NCBI GenBank assembly: GCA_030390025.1
Contig: CM059434.1
Span: 10,602,001-10,666,000, forward strand
Direction of reading: 5' to 3'
DNA: 64,000 bases
Source: Squalus acanthias
Taxonomy: Eukaryota
Of the stretch, positions 26,632 through 40,193 are shown piece after piece; positions within the stretch are counted from its first letter, which is position 1; every line of letters begins with the position of its first letter. The translations under genes were made by a program, and so were the position numbers. The notes beneath the pieces are model-generated. The model saw only the letters and a program-made list of their open reading frames with translations. It had not been told where the DNA came from and searched no databases.

Positions 26632-29600
26632 CTATTGGAAAAAAAAGCAACAAAAAAAAAGTTTATTATGGTAACCTGGTGGGTGCTTTTTTTTTAAAAA
26701 AATTATATTATTGGTGCAGTTCCCTGAATTTCCCTATTTAAACCAGAATGTGCATCCGATCACTCCGCAACAATTTGACTGTTTAAAGGCATTTGGCCTT
26801 GGAACTGGGTCGCGTAAAGGTTGGACAAACATAGCAATGGGGACCGCTCCTTTTAAGACGCTGTACCTCTCTTGTGCAAAGTTCCCCCACCCCACCCCCA
26901 CCCCCCAACTCCCACCACCTATCAGATACTTTGAAGAGGGAGGTAAGAATTTCCGCCCGAATTCTATCTTACATCGCCCACAGTGAAAACACCCAATTTT
27001 ATTCAACTCAGGAACTTCGACTGAGGCCCATCCGAAAGTGCTTTGCCTCCTCGCACGGGTTTCTTGTTGTGTGCGAGAGAGTGGCCCCGATCTTATTGCT
27101 TCAGTTTCTTAATGGTGAATCTGACCAGTGCAGTCACACTGTCTCATAACGGCAGGGGCATGCGTGGAAAGTGGTCTCGTGTTTTAATACCTTGAAAATA
27201 TATTTAAACTCAGTTATTTCGTGTCTGGTTTCGGGGGGACGCGCCTTATTGTAAACCTCTGTGGTGTTTCGCCGTTGCAAATACTGTATATTATCCTGCA
27301 CTGTTTATTTTGGATAGCCCAGGAGTTCCGTGCTTTCTTTTTGGGCTCAACAACAGACTAGGCTTCCACCAAAAAAAAACTTCTTAATGTACTGTACTCT
27401 ATAAGATACTTCTGAACTTAGTTACTCTTGATTAACTTTCTTCCCTGGTCTTTAGATCTTCTTTTATGCTTAGGTATTCTGACACACGCTGTCTACCTCG
27501 CCTCAGTGCTTAAAAAGTAGTAACGGGAGGGGGTCAGAACTGATCGACAAAGACTACAGAAAGTGAACAATGCTTTCTATTCTGCTTACAGCCCAAACTC
27601 AGAGAGCAAGCCCCCCCCCCCTCTCTCCCTCCCTCCCTCCCTCCCTCCTAGGCTCCCCAGCCAGCAACACAGCGTCCAGCTAAACGCAGCGCACTCTTCA
27701 ACTCACACTCACTCAAGATAGAAGGACAAACTTTCTTCAACATCGAACAGTGACTGTGTAGAATTATTATATTTTTTTGGGGGGTTGCTTTATTTCCCCC
27801 CTCCCTCTCATTCCACCCACCACCACCGCCCCCCCCTCCCGAAATAAAACAAGTAATTTCTGTTATGAGTATCTGGAGGTAATTGTGTTGCTGGTATGGG
27901 TTGTTAAGGGTTGTAAAAAGACACAACAGCTCCGTGGGGCGCTCAATTGCGAGAAGACAATCACAATAAAGGATCTATTCAAGGGGTTTGGTAAAAGAGG
28001 GGTACAATAACGAAATAGACCAGCTTTCATTTTCTCTTTCTCGAAATACTTTATTCTGTTTGCTTTTGCCACCATAAGTATAACGCATATTGTGCCCCCC
28101 CCACCCACTATTACATCTTAAGCTAAATTCTCCAACGCTCGCCTTTCCTCCCTCCCCTCTTCTTTCTATTCATTACACACCAGCGGAAAATAATTTATAG
28201 ACTAGCTTTGTCATCTATTCCTGCACACACACACACACACCAAAAAAAATAAACTTCAAACAAACACTTTCTCTCAGCATGCAGACTTCCCTGCGTAAAT
28301 ATTTACAGCAAGGAAGGGTGACTACCTGATTACCCCAGAACTCAAGCGAGCAGGAGATACCCGGGCGTTTAACTTCTCCAACTGCAGCCAGTCCCGGAGA
28401 CTCCGAGAAAGATCATTTGTGTTTTCTCACTTTAAGCAAGGGCCGTTACATTTGCAACAATTTTCTTAAATAATAACAAAAAAAAATAAAGATTTCTTTT
28501 TTGACTGTGATGGGATTTTTTTTTCCTGCGGTATCGGAAATGCTTTCCTAATTACTCGGTTTGCAAAAAAAAAGCGATTTGTCACTTTCTGAAAAGTTCG
28601 CACGCCGTTTTATTGCCTTATCAAAATGTCTTTTTAAATTAATAATATTCATAATAAAAAGAAATCAGCAGCTGATAGCGTCCTGACATATTCCAGTGCT
28701 AGTATTTTAAGCCCACTGTTTACTATTGTCTGTTCGGTACAGTGATGAAAACAAGTGCTGAACAAGCAGTTCTCAAAGGCCCAGCCTGAGAGTCGTATCT
28801 GTATCTCCCTTTCTCTATATATAGAGATATATAGATATATATATATTAATATGTAAGCCTAACCGCGGGCGTCAAATACACCGATTGTGATCTTTCTTAT
28901 TTTGTATCTTACTGTCGATTTCGAGCCAAAATCTCACCCTTTTCCTTGGGCCTAGCCTTCCCTCAACGCTGGCCGAGGGTACATGTTATCAAGTATTGAA
29001 TTATATCTCAAAAGCACACCCGCAAATGACACAATAAACCCGCCGTTTCCTATGTCCTTTTCTGACTTTCATTTTGCTCTTTATCCTCCACATTTCTACA
29101 TTTAAAAAAAACACTGCCAACTTTTCGTGCATTTAAAAAAATGTAGAAATATTATTCCCACCTGCGCTGCTATTTCCCAGTTTCTGACTGTTAAGATGCG
29201 TGCAGTCAGTAATGGGAACACTTATACCCTTAATATGGAGAAATCTGCACTGATTTTTTTTTAAGACCATAAATTAAAAGTCTTATTTATAATAACGTGA
29301 GGATGCGGAACAGTTCGGGTGAGCGCTCATTAATTTATTATAATATCGAGTAGTTGAGGCAGATTAAATCTTACAGAGACAGATCTGTATACTTCAGCTC
29401 TTCAATGTTAAATGTCTTATTATTGCTTCTTGTTTGAAGCGGAATTTGATGTCAAATTTTCGGTCTAAATTGCGAATGCGTGTTAATATCCTCCCCAAAA
29501 ATACACATCACAGACTGATGTACTTGGCTTTCTCGCCAGGCCATGCTCGTTTTAAATGGCTATCATTATTCTTTTTTTTTAAAAAAACAAAGTTTGTAAT

Positions 29601-30594
29601 ACACTAGAATCTGGTTTGAAGCGGAGTAAGAAATATTGATCGAATGAATTCATGGAAGCCGAGCCGAGGAGAGAAGTCTCCTTTCAATTAATTAGCGTTT
29701 TAACAGGGACACATGCAGTTTTGGAGCTAACTCGCTGAGCCCATTGATTCTCGAGAAGGTAAAGCACGTTAATATCTAGATTTTTTTAAAAAAACAACCC
29801 TAACGTTTGTATAGAGTTATGATGAGTTGGAAACACTCTGTGCAAACGGCTCTAATGAATCGCCTGATTGCTTAATTCAAACTGACACTATGCATCGCCG
29901 GGTCATTGCACCTTCCTCAAACAGCGAGCTTTGGCCTAAAGTGACTTATTTTACTCTTTCTTATCATTAATAAACATCAACGACTTATAAACATGCAGAA
30001 AAAATGACGTTAGACAAGCCCACATTACAGCATCTCAAACACATTTCCAGTGACGCCTGAGTTACATTTGCCCGGGGGGTGGGGGGGTGGGGGGGAAATA
30101 AGGGGATTTTTTTAACTAAATGGTGCATCGTTCGGAAAATTATTTGTTTTCCTGTTAAAATACACGGATGCGTTGCTGCCGAATCCGATTAAAATAAATC
30201 TGTGGTCATTAATACAAGTCAAGCAGAGAGTAAACGGCTTGATGAATGGTAGATAGGAATAGAAAATAATCCACAAGTTAAAACGAGAGAATGGTCACAC
30301 AAAACGGCCGAGAATTTCGCTGAATTCCCATTGAATTTCCTAAAGATTGCCCAGCGATATATTGGCCCCCTTAAGGAGTGCACGTTTGCTCAATGCAGTA
30401 TTTCAAAATAACCTTTTCAAATGATAAAATAAATCTCGTTAAAGTGTAAAATAATGTTACACTAAATCGGAGTTAGGCAATAAATCATAGGTGGGAACTA
30501 AAGGAAACTTAGCTTTCGCTTGCGATTAAGAAATGTTAAATAAGATGCCCCAAAAGTGCAATAAATAAAATATAAGGAAAGCAAATAAACTCAC

Positions 30595-30736
30595 CTTTAT
30601 GGGGCATTCTGCGTCGCTGCCAACACGTCCTGCTAACAGTTAAGATGGGATATGACGGGCGACTTTTTTTAAGACTTGCCAGTGAATTATAGTTTCTCCA
30701 CACACACACATACACACACACAGATAGGGCAAATTC
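30595..30736 (-). other. pax6: Pax6 5'UTR exon 2 (142 nt) ending in an upstream ATG (ATGCCCCATAAAG)
   Basis: cttcgcag|GAAT...ATGCCCCATAAAG|gtgagt; human exon 2 starts GAAT and ends ATGCCTCATAAAG (from memory). Confidence 0.88.
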
Positions 30737-30888
30737 CTGCGAAGGAGACAGAGATTGACAATGAAATCTACTGTCACTATGGAGAGAGGGAGTTGTTGAT
30801 GCACGGGTAGAGGGAGAGACAAGAGAGAGAGAGAGAGAGAGAGGGGCAGAAAGACAAGAGAGGAGAGAGAGAGAGAGAGAGAGCACAC

Positions 30889-31140
30889 CTAGCTGATTGC
30901 TGATGGTGCTAGTTGTATTAATGTATGTCTGGATTCAGGAGGTGCGCTCGCCTCGCCTCGCCTCGCCTCCACTTCACTTCACTGGCCCATTAGCAGAGGG
31001 TGACCTTTGTCATCATCCGCAAGGAAAACACTTCCTCCCTGCGCCTCACCAGAGCGGGAAATGCACGTTTTCAAACCCACTAATCACTCCACACGGTTTT
31101 ATGCACCGCATGCAAATGCACACAAATAAATATCTCCTTA
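30889..31140 (-). promoter_or_regulatory. pax6: Pax6 P1 promoter and exon 1
   Basis: TGCATTTGCATG...GGAGTGATTAGTGGGTTTGAAAA...CATTTCCCGCTCTGG...GGATGATGACA...GCTAATGGGCCAGTGA...CAATCAGCTAG|gtgtgc matches human exon 1 (from memory); TSS approximate. Confidence 0.88.
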
Positions 31141-31251
31141 TGCAAAGCAAAGGGGACGGCGAGCAGCAGGCCGGACAAGCGGGCACAAGAGACAGTCCTC
31201 GCTGCTACATTTGTCTTTCGTGCATGCATGGGAGGGTTTCATGGATATATT

Positions 31252-31356
31252 TAGTGTGTGTAAAAGTTTTATCGCAGGATTCGGTGAAATAACACCAAGT
31301 GAGTGGCCAATGGTGTTATTTCACCGAATCCTGCGATAAAACTTTTATACACACTA
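31252..31356. repeat. 46-bp inverted repeat with a 13-nt spacer (palindromic, MITE-like)
   Basis: Arms 31252-31297 and 31311-31356 with one mismatch (G31260/T31348); TA-rich flanks. Confidence 0.93.
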
Positions 31357-32265
31357 TTATATATATATATACAAATGTTGTAATGTAATTTTACATGAAT
31401 TGAACATTTTAAGAATTTTTTGCTTCGTTCAGGGGATGGTTTTGGAAGATGGCTAAAATGATTTTTAAAATGTCAGGCACCAATTGCTTTGACAATCGCA
31501 GTTATTAGATGGATGGGCTTAATTTAAATGGATTTTTTTCCCATCTCTACATTAAGATGACCTTTATAAAGTAGTTATTTAAAATGACTATGGATATTTA
31601 TAATATATATATTCTCTTTTTACCTTTTTTAAAAAAAAAAACCCACATACATTTAGGTCCATGATGAATTAACACAAATTACCCATCTCTGGTAATGTTC
31701 TGAGCAAAGAGGAGCACTCCCGTCCCCTTGACAGCGGCTGATTAAATACACATTTACTTTGTGGATTCGAGGCTCTGGTAAAGAGGCCTGAAGTGCCTGC
31801 ACAGAAAACACTCACAAACCTCTCCCACGCGCCCTTTGTTTGCCCATGGCTGTTATTAGCATTTTTTTGTGGCTGGAATAAGTTAAACCTCAACTTTTCT
31901 GAAGGAGATGCTTCGACTTTTGGAGCGGGGGGGAGGGGGGGGGGGGTGAAAAAAGCATATTTAACACGCTCCACCGAGAGCCCGTGCCGCCGGTATTGCA
32001 GAAGCTCAGTGCAAAGCTCTATTAGTTTTAATTGATCATTTCCAATCGGCTGTGCCACTTCGCCGGCTGCCAGAAAATCGCAGGGAAAGTAAGTAAATGA
32101 ACTCGCAGCTGACCACACACCAGAACTACATTTGTTGAATGCGCTACTATTAATGCACACCTCAGTGCACTGCAAAGCAACCCCTCAGCGCCTGGTTTGA
32201 GGTTACATAGGTAGCACCAGTCTCGGCTCAGGGTGTCTCCATTATTTATCCCATTGGAATAGAGC

Positions 32266-32351
32266 GTGTGTGTGAGAGAGAGAGAGAGCGAGTGAGAGAA
32301 AGAGAGAGAGAGAGAGAGCGAGTGAGAGAAAGAGAGAGAGAGAGAGAGAGA
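32266..32351. repeat. Compound (GT)n(GA)n microsatellite about 1.2 kb upstream of P1
   Basis: Visible directly. Confidence 0.9.
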
Positions 32352-33919
32352 CGGCAAGCAGCTAGGAGGAAAAAAAGGGCGATGGAAGGGTTGGGGGGGG
32401 GGGGTCTCAAGAAACGCGCAAAGCATAAAATGAAGTCGTGGATGCATACACTTGACTTCTCTTGACATGTGAAAAGTGCTAAAAGTCAGAGCTCATCAAT
32501 AAAGTATCTTGAAAGTGAATAAGAGCACTGACAACCATTGCATTCCTAACTAAAGTACAATGCGGAGACAAACGACTCTGCCAAATACTTTGCATCTGAC
32601 TGAAAGGGACGCCTCAATGGGAGCTGGATAATGAGCTGCCGAGCCCGTCATGCACTGTCATCTCGAGTCCTGGCGAGAGCTGCCACTCTCTTAATATCGA
32701 CCCAACTCCCTTCTGCTATCCTTTCCCCTCACCGAACACCAATATTCCTGGATCCGAATGGGATATTTCGAATCTTTATATATTCGAGGAGATCCGGTAA
32801 CTACTGGTCACTTCGGGAGGGGGGAGGGGGTGGAATATAAAAAAAGAATGCATGTTTTGTTTTAGGGGAGTTACAGGTCACGCTGTGACCGAGTACAGAT
32901 TTGCATGGGAACGTGGGCCCTGTTACAGCAAATGTCCAAAGAGAGAGAGAGAGGTGGTGGTGGTGGGTAGGCGGGTGGGTGGGGAATCGCCTTTAACTGC
33001 TTAAAGTGGAGAATCTTGTCCGTTCTATTATGGCGAAGAGGACAAGACTCGCCTTACAGTGCCACAGACACAAGAAAAATGCACCTTCTTTTTTTTGGTA
33101 GCAAAAACATCACTTGGGTCAGACGGCGCGGTGCGGGAGCTGCATTGGATCGCTCGCCTTTCGCTTTCCCAAAGTGCGACTTCAAAAACCGCAAGAAAAC
33201 AACATAAAAAAAAATACCCCAGAAGAGGGGAGATACAGACGCAGGCCGGCGCATTAAAGTTTTGCAACTAGATCCGGTAAAGTGCAGGTGTTAAAATAAA
33301 GAAGGTGTCCTTGTATTAAAATGAACTTTCACAATTCAAACCTGTAACTATTTTTCTGACCGTAAACACACACAGGGAGACAGCCAGCATTGAAATAAGA
33401 GCAAGGCCTTGACTACAGCGCATAGAAACTTGTCGAGTTGGTAATGTATGCCAAAAGGGGGAGAGAAATACACACACGAAAAAAAAAACCTCTTCCCAAG
33501 TTTCGCACAGAACTTAAAGCCGAAACCCCACAGTCGCAACAAAAGCAATGTACGTGTTATTTTCTCTTAAAGTACAAACCCGTTTTCCTTTGGTAGGTGT
33601 GGCTTCGAAAAGCTTTTGCAAATTAGCTGGAAACAATAGTGCATTAGTCAGAGTCTGATTATTTGCAGGAGAGTATCCGCCCCGCCGTTCTCTCTTTTTT
33701 TTTTAAAAAGAAGACAATTTTAAATGTATTTCCACCTTTTTTTTTGGAGAGCGTTCAATAAAAAGAACTCGACTCTTCGGATCAGTTCGTTCTGCAGCTA
33801 GTTGGACTGTAGCTTTTTTTGGGAAGTAAAAGCGCCTTTCCTCAACAAACAAAATTAGAAGAAGTAAAGTTGGTTCTAAGTCCGCAGGCGACCATGGTGA
33901 TTTTCTCTCTCTCTCTCTC

Positions 33920-34260
33920 TTTCGCGGCGAGCTCAATTAGCGCACTCCGGATTAGCACCCAGTAATACGGGCCAGAAGACCTTAATCTTGTCGCTATTTC
34001 CCCCGGGGCAAAGTGTTCTTTGTGGGGCCCCGCTAAAAAAAAAGTTTTAAACACACACTCACACAAAAAAAATCATGCGGAGGGAGGGAAATACTGAATG
34101 CAACTGACGTCATTCTCCGAGAGAAAGGGGTTTATTAAAGCGCATCACCCAAAAGAGCCTGGGAGTTTAGGAATAGGCGCTAGCAGCCAATGGGAAAGCA
34201 CAGCAGCCAAGGTTTATCATTACAATAATTCTCTAATTGTTAGGGGGTGTAGAATTCCTC
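33920..34260. promoter_or_regulatory. Candidate CNE between P0 and P1
   Basis: CpG-rich with CAATTAG, GGATTA, TAATCT, a full CRE TGACGTCA and a CCAAT box; inference. Confidence 0.4.
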
Positions 34261-37249
34261 ATTGCCTTTGGTGCACCGTTTTCGACTTCAGTATCATTGC
34301 ACCACTAATATAGATATATATATATATAAAAATCCCAACCAGGCCTGTTTTGGGAGTTCTGTTGTTGTACCTGAACAAGTTAATTCTCTAAAATGTTTAC
34401 AGAAAGAGTTATCAGGAACTCACCTGATCGACAGCTTTTCCTATCTGCTGGGTGGGTGTGTGTTGTGGTGGGGGGGGGGGGGGGGGGGGGGGGGAAATCC
34501 CTGCAAAAAAAAATATATTTCCCTCCCTCTCTCTCTTGAGTTTGGTAGGAGGAACGGAGTGACGCCATTTTACTGAACTTAGCTACTAACTGAACTCCGG
34601 CCTTCCACAGAGAGAGAGAAATGCAGCTTTAATAAGTCTTTTAACTTGGACTTTATAGGGCTATCCTGCTGCCAGATTGCATGTTTGCAAAATGACATTT
34701 TAAAAAGAAAACAACCGATAGCACCAGTGTGATCCGAGTGTGGATTTAGTTATATGTGAAGCACAGAGGGGCTTTTTTTTTAAACAAAAAATTAAAATGG
34801 GAATCTCAGGCGGAAGTTCTGTTTTATTTTCTGCGGGACACACAACAGAAGAAGGAACGGTTATTTGGCGATCACTGCTCTGATTTTTAGGCAGTAGGGC
34901 CGAATTAGTTGGTGCACTTTTAAATTTGAATATCAAAAGTGTTGTGTAAAAAAAAATAACTGGGAGGAGAAAAAAAAGGACCATGAACTTGTCAAAAGCT
35001 CCTTGTTTTGTTATGAGCGATGAACCCAAAGGACTTTCTCCAGCCCTACATCTCCAGAATACAAAATGAAGGGAAATGAAGATTAAGAAAGTTGATATTG
35101 GACAGGACTACAAAAAAAAGCGGAAACCCAATTACTGGAACCAGGAATAAGAAATAAACTTGATCCAAAATTAAAAAAAAAACTAAAGTGCTTGAACAAA
35201 AGCTTGCGTGATATCTGATTGAAAATGACACCAACATTATAAAAGGATATTTTGTGAAATGATTGCTAATATGGATGCACCATTACATGATGTTAGGGTT
35301 GCATTTTATTGCGTGGTAGTCATACTATGCTTTGAAACTTTTTCCATTCATCTGTCTTAAGTAATATAACTCGTCTGACAAAACTGAGAAAAATTCCAGA
35401 ACTTAAAGCCTGTCCTTTCCCAAGGAGAGAAAACCCAAAGTTACAGACACACACACACATATTTATAATTATGTTGTCTACGAGGAACACAAAATATCTA
35501 GAAGAATGCGTATGTCCCGCTTAAAATCAGTCGCTCCTGTTCTTTGTAGAGACTTGATCAAATAAACTGTGTTTTACTGTGGCAGTTAAGATTAGTTTTT
35601 GATTTTTAAAATCAATAAGGGATTAGGTGACATAGCCAATGGCTCCACACCAGGATTCTCTTGCCTGTGGGTTAATAACATTAATCATTACCGTTAGCGC
35701 AGGTTGGTGCAGCACAGTGCGATTAAAACACTGTCTGCCTGGAACAAAAATGTTCAAAAATCACCCAATTAAAGTCATTATTATAAAACATGCTTCGTTT
35801 ATTTGTACAGGCATTGTGGCAGAGGTTGTGTCAGCTCATAGACTGTGTACAAAACCCCGAAAATTACCTTGTCGAAAAGTATATTAAACCATCTGTGCAA
35901 TTCGTTTGAACAGGTCTTCTGACAATCACAGATTACGTCTCTCTAGGATTCTGTGTCGTTGTAAAGTCGCCTGATTTAGACGACCTGCTCTCCCAAGGCC
36001 GCGGTGAGTAGATTCGGTTTCAGGAGAGCTAATAAGTTGGTAAATTAACGTTTTAAACCCCCCCTCCCCCCCCCCCCATCCTTCTCAGCCTCAAGAAGTC
36101 TAAATCACTTAATCGTACTCGTGCAAAAACTGACCTCGTCTCCTTGTATTAGCAAACCAAACTACCAAGTACCTTTCACAATCCTCAGAATACTTAAAAG
36201 TCCTCTTGTCTAGTCCAGTCGGTAGATTGTGGAGATGCACGATTTCTGACAACTTATCCCAGCGCCCGTGCCTTGCGGATACTTTATGCCTATCTGTGCA
36301 TTGAACACAAAATGTATTTTAAGCTGTAATACCGACACAAATGAGATAATACCCCATTGCTCTCCGCCTGCACTCTGGGTGAATCTTCGCTGTGTCTCCC
36401 TGCTGGTTAATTTTCTAGTGTCATTCATACTCGGTTTACAAAAATTAACAAAAAAAACCCACACAACCTATGTTACGCAACTCTGAGAGGAAAACCCCGT
36501 CCAATGGTTAATCAGTCTCTTAATCTGATCACACATGGAGGATAGATGTATTTTATTAACACCTAGAGAACGCTGCTAGATCAGGAGATGCCTGAAAAGG
36601 TCAGTGAGAGAATCTGCTTCAAAGCACATTCTATGCGAAATGTATTAGGTTTATATGTACATTAGTAGGAGGGAGGGGGGTATTCAGGCAAAGGGCTTCT
36701 AGTCAGGGCAATTATGTTACAGGCCTATCTCGACATGACAGCTGGATAAACAGTATCTCTGATAAACATCTCTAATTAGGGAGGAGGGTCTGTAATGCAG
36801 GGCGCTTGATTTATTACCGAGGTATGGTCCACTAACGGTGTGCCCCCATATACAGTAGTACCTTCATCTCTAATACCTTAACTCCAGCCGTACCCAGAAG
36901 AGCTACCTCGGAATATCTCTCTGAATGATTTATGATCCTGACAGAGGGGGAAAAAATTGGCATGCACACAGCAAAGTGGAGCCACTTAAGGTGAGTTGGT
37001 CTGTGTTTTTTTATTAATTATTAAAAAAACCTAAACCATATTTCCCACAAGATTCTTTAAAAAAAAAGAGGGTTGCTAAATTCTAACCTTGATTCCCACA
37101 CAGGGTAGCTTTAGGCTGGTGACTACAGTGCAATTATCCCGGCCAGTGAAATGGGAGCAATCCCTCCTTAACATAGCCGCAGTTGGTTTGCCCTCTAAGA
37201 TGCTTCCTTTAAATTTCCTAATTTTTGCATTCTTAATGTGACATGCTTG

Positions 37250-37520
37250 ATGTCCACGAGTAAACTGGCAGCGCCTAATCTCCCCTAAAATCGCCCCGAC
37301 TTATGGAGCCCCCCCTGACACGCACAAGGGTGTGACAGAGACTGGTGTAACATGAAGCCGGTGCTTCACCTCGCTGAATAGAGTTAATTATACGCCGTTC
37401 AAACGGCGAGCAGAAATCAAACAATTTCCTGGGATTTAAAACTGCTGCCAGGGCGGCGTGAAGCACATTCTTCAACCTTGTCACCTATTTTTATTTTTAA
37501 TTATTGCTAGAGGTGAGCTA
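37250..37520. promoter_or_regulatory. Candidate CNE in intron 0 (telencephalic enhancer region)
   Basis: TAATCT, TGACAG, TTAATTA and ATCAAACAAT motifs about 0.8 kb downstream of exon 0; inference from position. Confidence 0.4.
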
Positions 37521-37601
37521 ACCGCCGGCAGCTTCGAAAGAGAACACAGATACCCATCCACACACCCCCTCACAGCATTTGATTGAGGAGTGTGTGTATG
37601 T

Positions 37602-37632
<31 letters not shown>

Positions 37633-38210
37633 GGTGCAGAATTACTAACTAACCGTCTTTTCATTGCCCCCCACCTCCCCCCACTACCCCCGACCCCAGA
37701 CAGACAACTGACAACAGAAAAAGCTTTGGTCTGTTTCCGCGCCACCTGTTAACAGATGTTGAGAGCAACTTTGCTGCAATCCCACAGTCCGTCTCCCCCC
37801 CACACCCACCCCCACACCCCCCCCCCCCAAAATGAGCAGTTGTGGCTTCCTGTAACAGTACATTTTTAAAATGATATCCGCCTTATCTAATTCAAATTGG
37901 CACGCCGCCCGTCGCAATAGATGCAATAAGTGCGAACTAGTGCAATCTGTAGAAACGTCCTCGAAATGCAAAGATTTCGGCTCGAAAGAAAAGTTAGATC
38001 ACACACAAACATAAACCCGGAGCGGACAGGTCACCGAAAATGTATAGCAAAAAAAAATGTTAGGGGTGGAAAGCAACAAAAAAAGAAAGAGATGAAAGGA
38101 TAAAATGCAAATTGGTCGACACACAATAAAGAGAGGAAAACAGACAGAGAAGGTGCTGGTAAGAAGCCACAACAGACAGCAGCGGTAAGGTAAGATCGGA
38201 GCCACAATAC

Positions 38211-38450
38211 CTGAATCAAGTCGCCCTGTGATGCAGGCTGTGGTTGCCCCCAGTACAGTCGGTGGAAAAGAAACCGTGGGAGGTTGGTTTTTTTTTGGTG
38301 TCGCTTTATTTTTCACATTGGGCTGCTCGCACAGAGTTTAAATGTCACCGGGACGTTGGGACGGCTTTTCGTCCAACACAAACTTTCCCCCTTAATATCA
38401 GTGTCAGCTCGGCGCTGATTGGACCAGGCGCCTGCGTGACGCGACGACAC
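38211..38450 (-). promoter_or_regulatory. pax6: Pax6 P0 promoter and exon 0
   Basis: CCAAT box 38418-38422, TATA-like ATATTAA 38392-38398, GACATTTAAACTCTG 38332-38346 (present in mammalian exon 0, from memory), donor CAG|gtattg at 38211. Confidence 0.8.
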
Positions 38451-39910
38451 CCTGTGCAAACACAAGAGGCTGCACTTAACGCCGGGCCCAGCGCCTGTCT
38501 CATCTCAAGTGGAGATTTCCTTATGTCTGGAAATTGGCCCTCCTCCCCCCCCAACCCCCCCCCCCCCACCCCCCTTTCCCCACCCACCCCACCCTCCTCC
38601 CGTTAAAGAAACGCCGCGTTGTGAAATATGGCAAGAGCGGAAGCACTCAGTGATTATTCTTTTGTGCCCCCCAAAAAAACTTATAGTGCCCCCTTTAAGA
38701 AAAGCGCGGCCTCGTGCTGTTTCCCTTATATGGCCATTTATCCTCAAGCAACATTGCAAGTAATGACTCCATAAAGTTTTGATAGTCCTGACTCAGATCG
38801 GTGTTGATGGCAGAGAGGGCAGCGTAATGGGCTCACTCATCATTATATAAATATATGAATATGCAAATATGACCCAATGTCTATATCTGATAGATCATAT
38901 AAATGGGAACAGTTCATTCCGCAAAATTACCACACTGGCGATATTTTAACGGTCGTGCAGTGGATGCTGCAATTATTGTGTAAGAATGGTACACTTTAAA
39001 CGAGTGCTGCAATTCTCCAACAGCCCGTTCTTTTCTCTGGGCACATCATGCTATTTCATATTTCTGAGGGTGTTTTTTTTTTGCGGGGACAAATGTACAA
39101 CTGGGTAAAGAAAGTGATGTTTATCTGGTGTGAAGTATTAGACACCAGCCCTCATATAACAATTATTCACGCAATTAAGTCGCACTGCCTGACATTAAGT
39201 GGGAAAACATTCGCCAGGGCTAATAATTGCTTTATATAAATTTATCATTCTCCTCGGGTCTACGGCCCGTTCCTCCGTGATTTAGTCCGAAGTCACCAAT
39301 AAAGTAAACATCGATCTATTGGTTCTCGGTTCTGTTTATTGAATGGGTTCAATCAGGTAGAAAAATCAACTTTCTGCTTCTGACTGGATACCTTATTAAA
39401 ACGGTAACTAGCCTCAGCACAGCGAAAACAGATCGAAAGTGCAACCCCCTCCAACCGGCTCACCTGACCCTTCATCTTTTACCAATACACCGTTGCACAC
39501 ACACACACACACACACACACAGTCTATGAAAATGTCTCAAATACTTGTCAAGAGAAATAAAATCAAGCTTTACGCTCCCCCCCCGTCCAATGTAATGCGC
39601 TGCAACAGAGACTGGTGTTGGGATTTTGTCTTTATTCTTCAGAACATCACGAACACTGGGAAAGCGAGCTGTGAGAATCGCTGCACTGTTGTCACCCCGT
39701 ATCTTCACTGCATTTCAAGTTATGCATTTGGGTCTTATTAATTGTTAAAGGAACATCTGAGGTCATTCAGTTTGAATTATAAAAACATAGGCACGCGTGC
39801 ACGTATATCTCTGTATGTGCCCTGTACGCGTGTCCTGTGTGTCCTGTGTGTGTCTGCACATACACTCACACACAGTCATATATACATACACACATATATA
39901 TATACTCATA

Positions 39911-40193
39911 NNNNNNNNNNNNNNNNNNNNNNNNNNNNNNNNNNNNNNNNNNNNNNNNNNNNNNNNNNNNNNNNNNNNNNNNNNNNNNNNNNNNNNNNNN
40001 NNNNNNNNNNNNNNNNNNNNNNNNNNNNNNNNNNNNNNNNNNNNNNNNNNNNNNNNNNNNNNNNNNNNNNNNNNNNNNNNNNNNNNNNNNNNNNNNNNNN
40101 NNNNNNNNNNNNNNNNNNNNNNNNNNNNNNNNNNNNNNNNNNNNNNNNNNNNNNNNNNNNNNNNNNNNNNNNNNNNNNNNNNNNNNNNNNNNN
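39911..40193. other. Assembly gap (283 N)
   Basis: N run next to a CA/TA microsatellite. Confidence 1.

Noticed and set aside
37738-37752. CTCF-like motifs (also near 5505 and 16920)
   Set aside because: Partial matches only, expected by chance without matrix scoring or ChIP data
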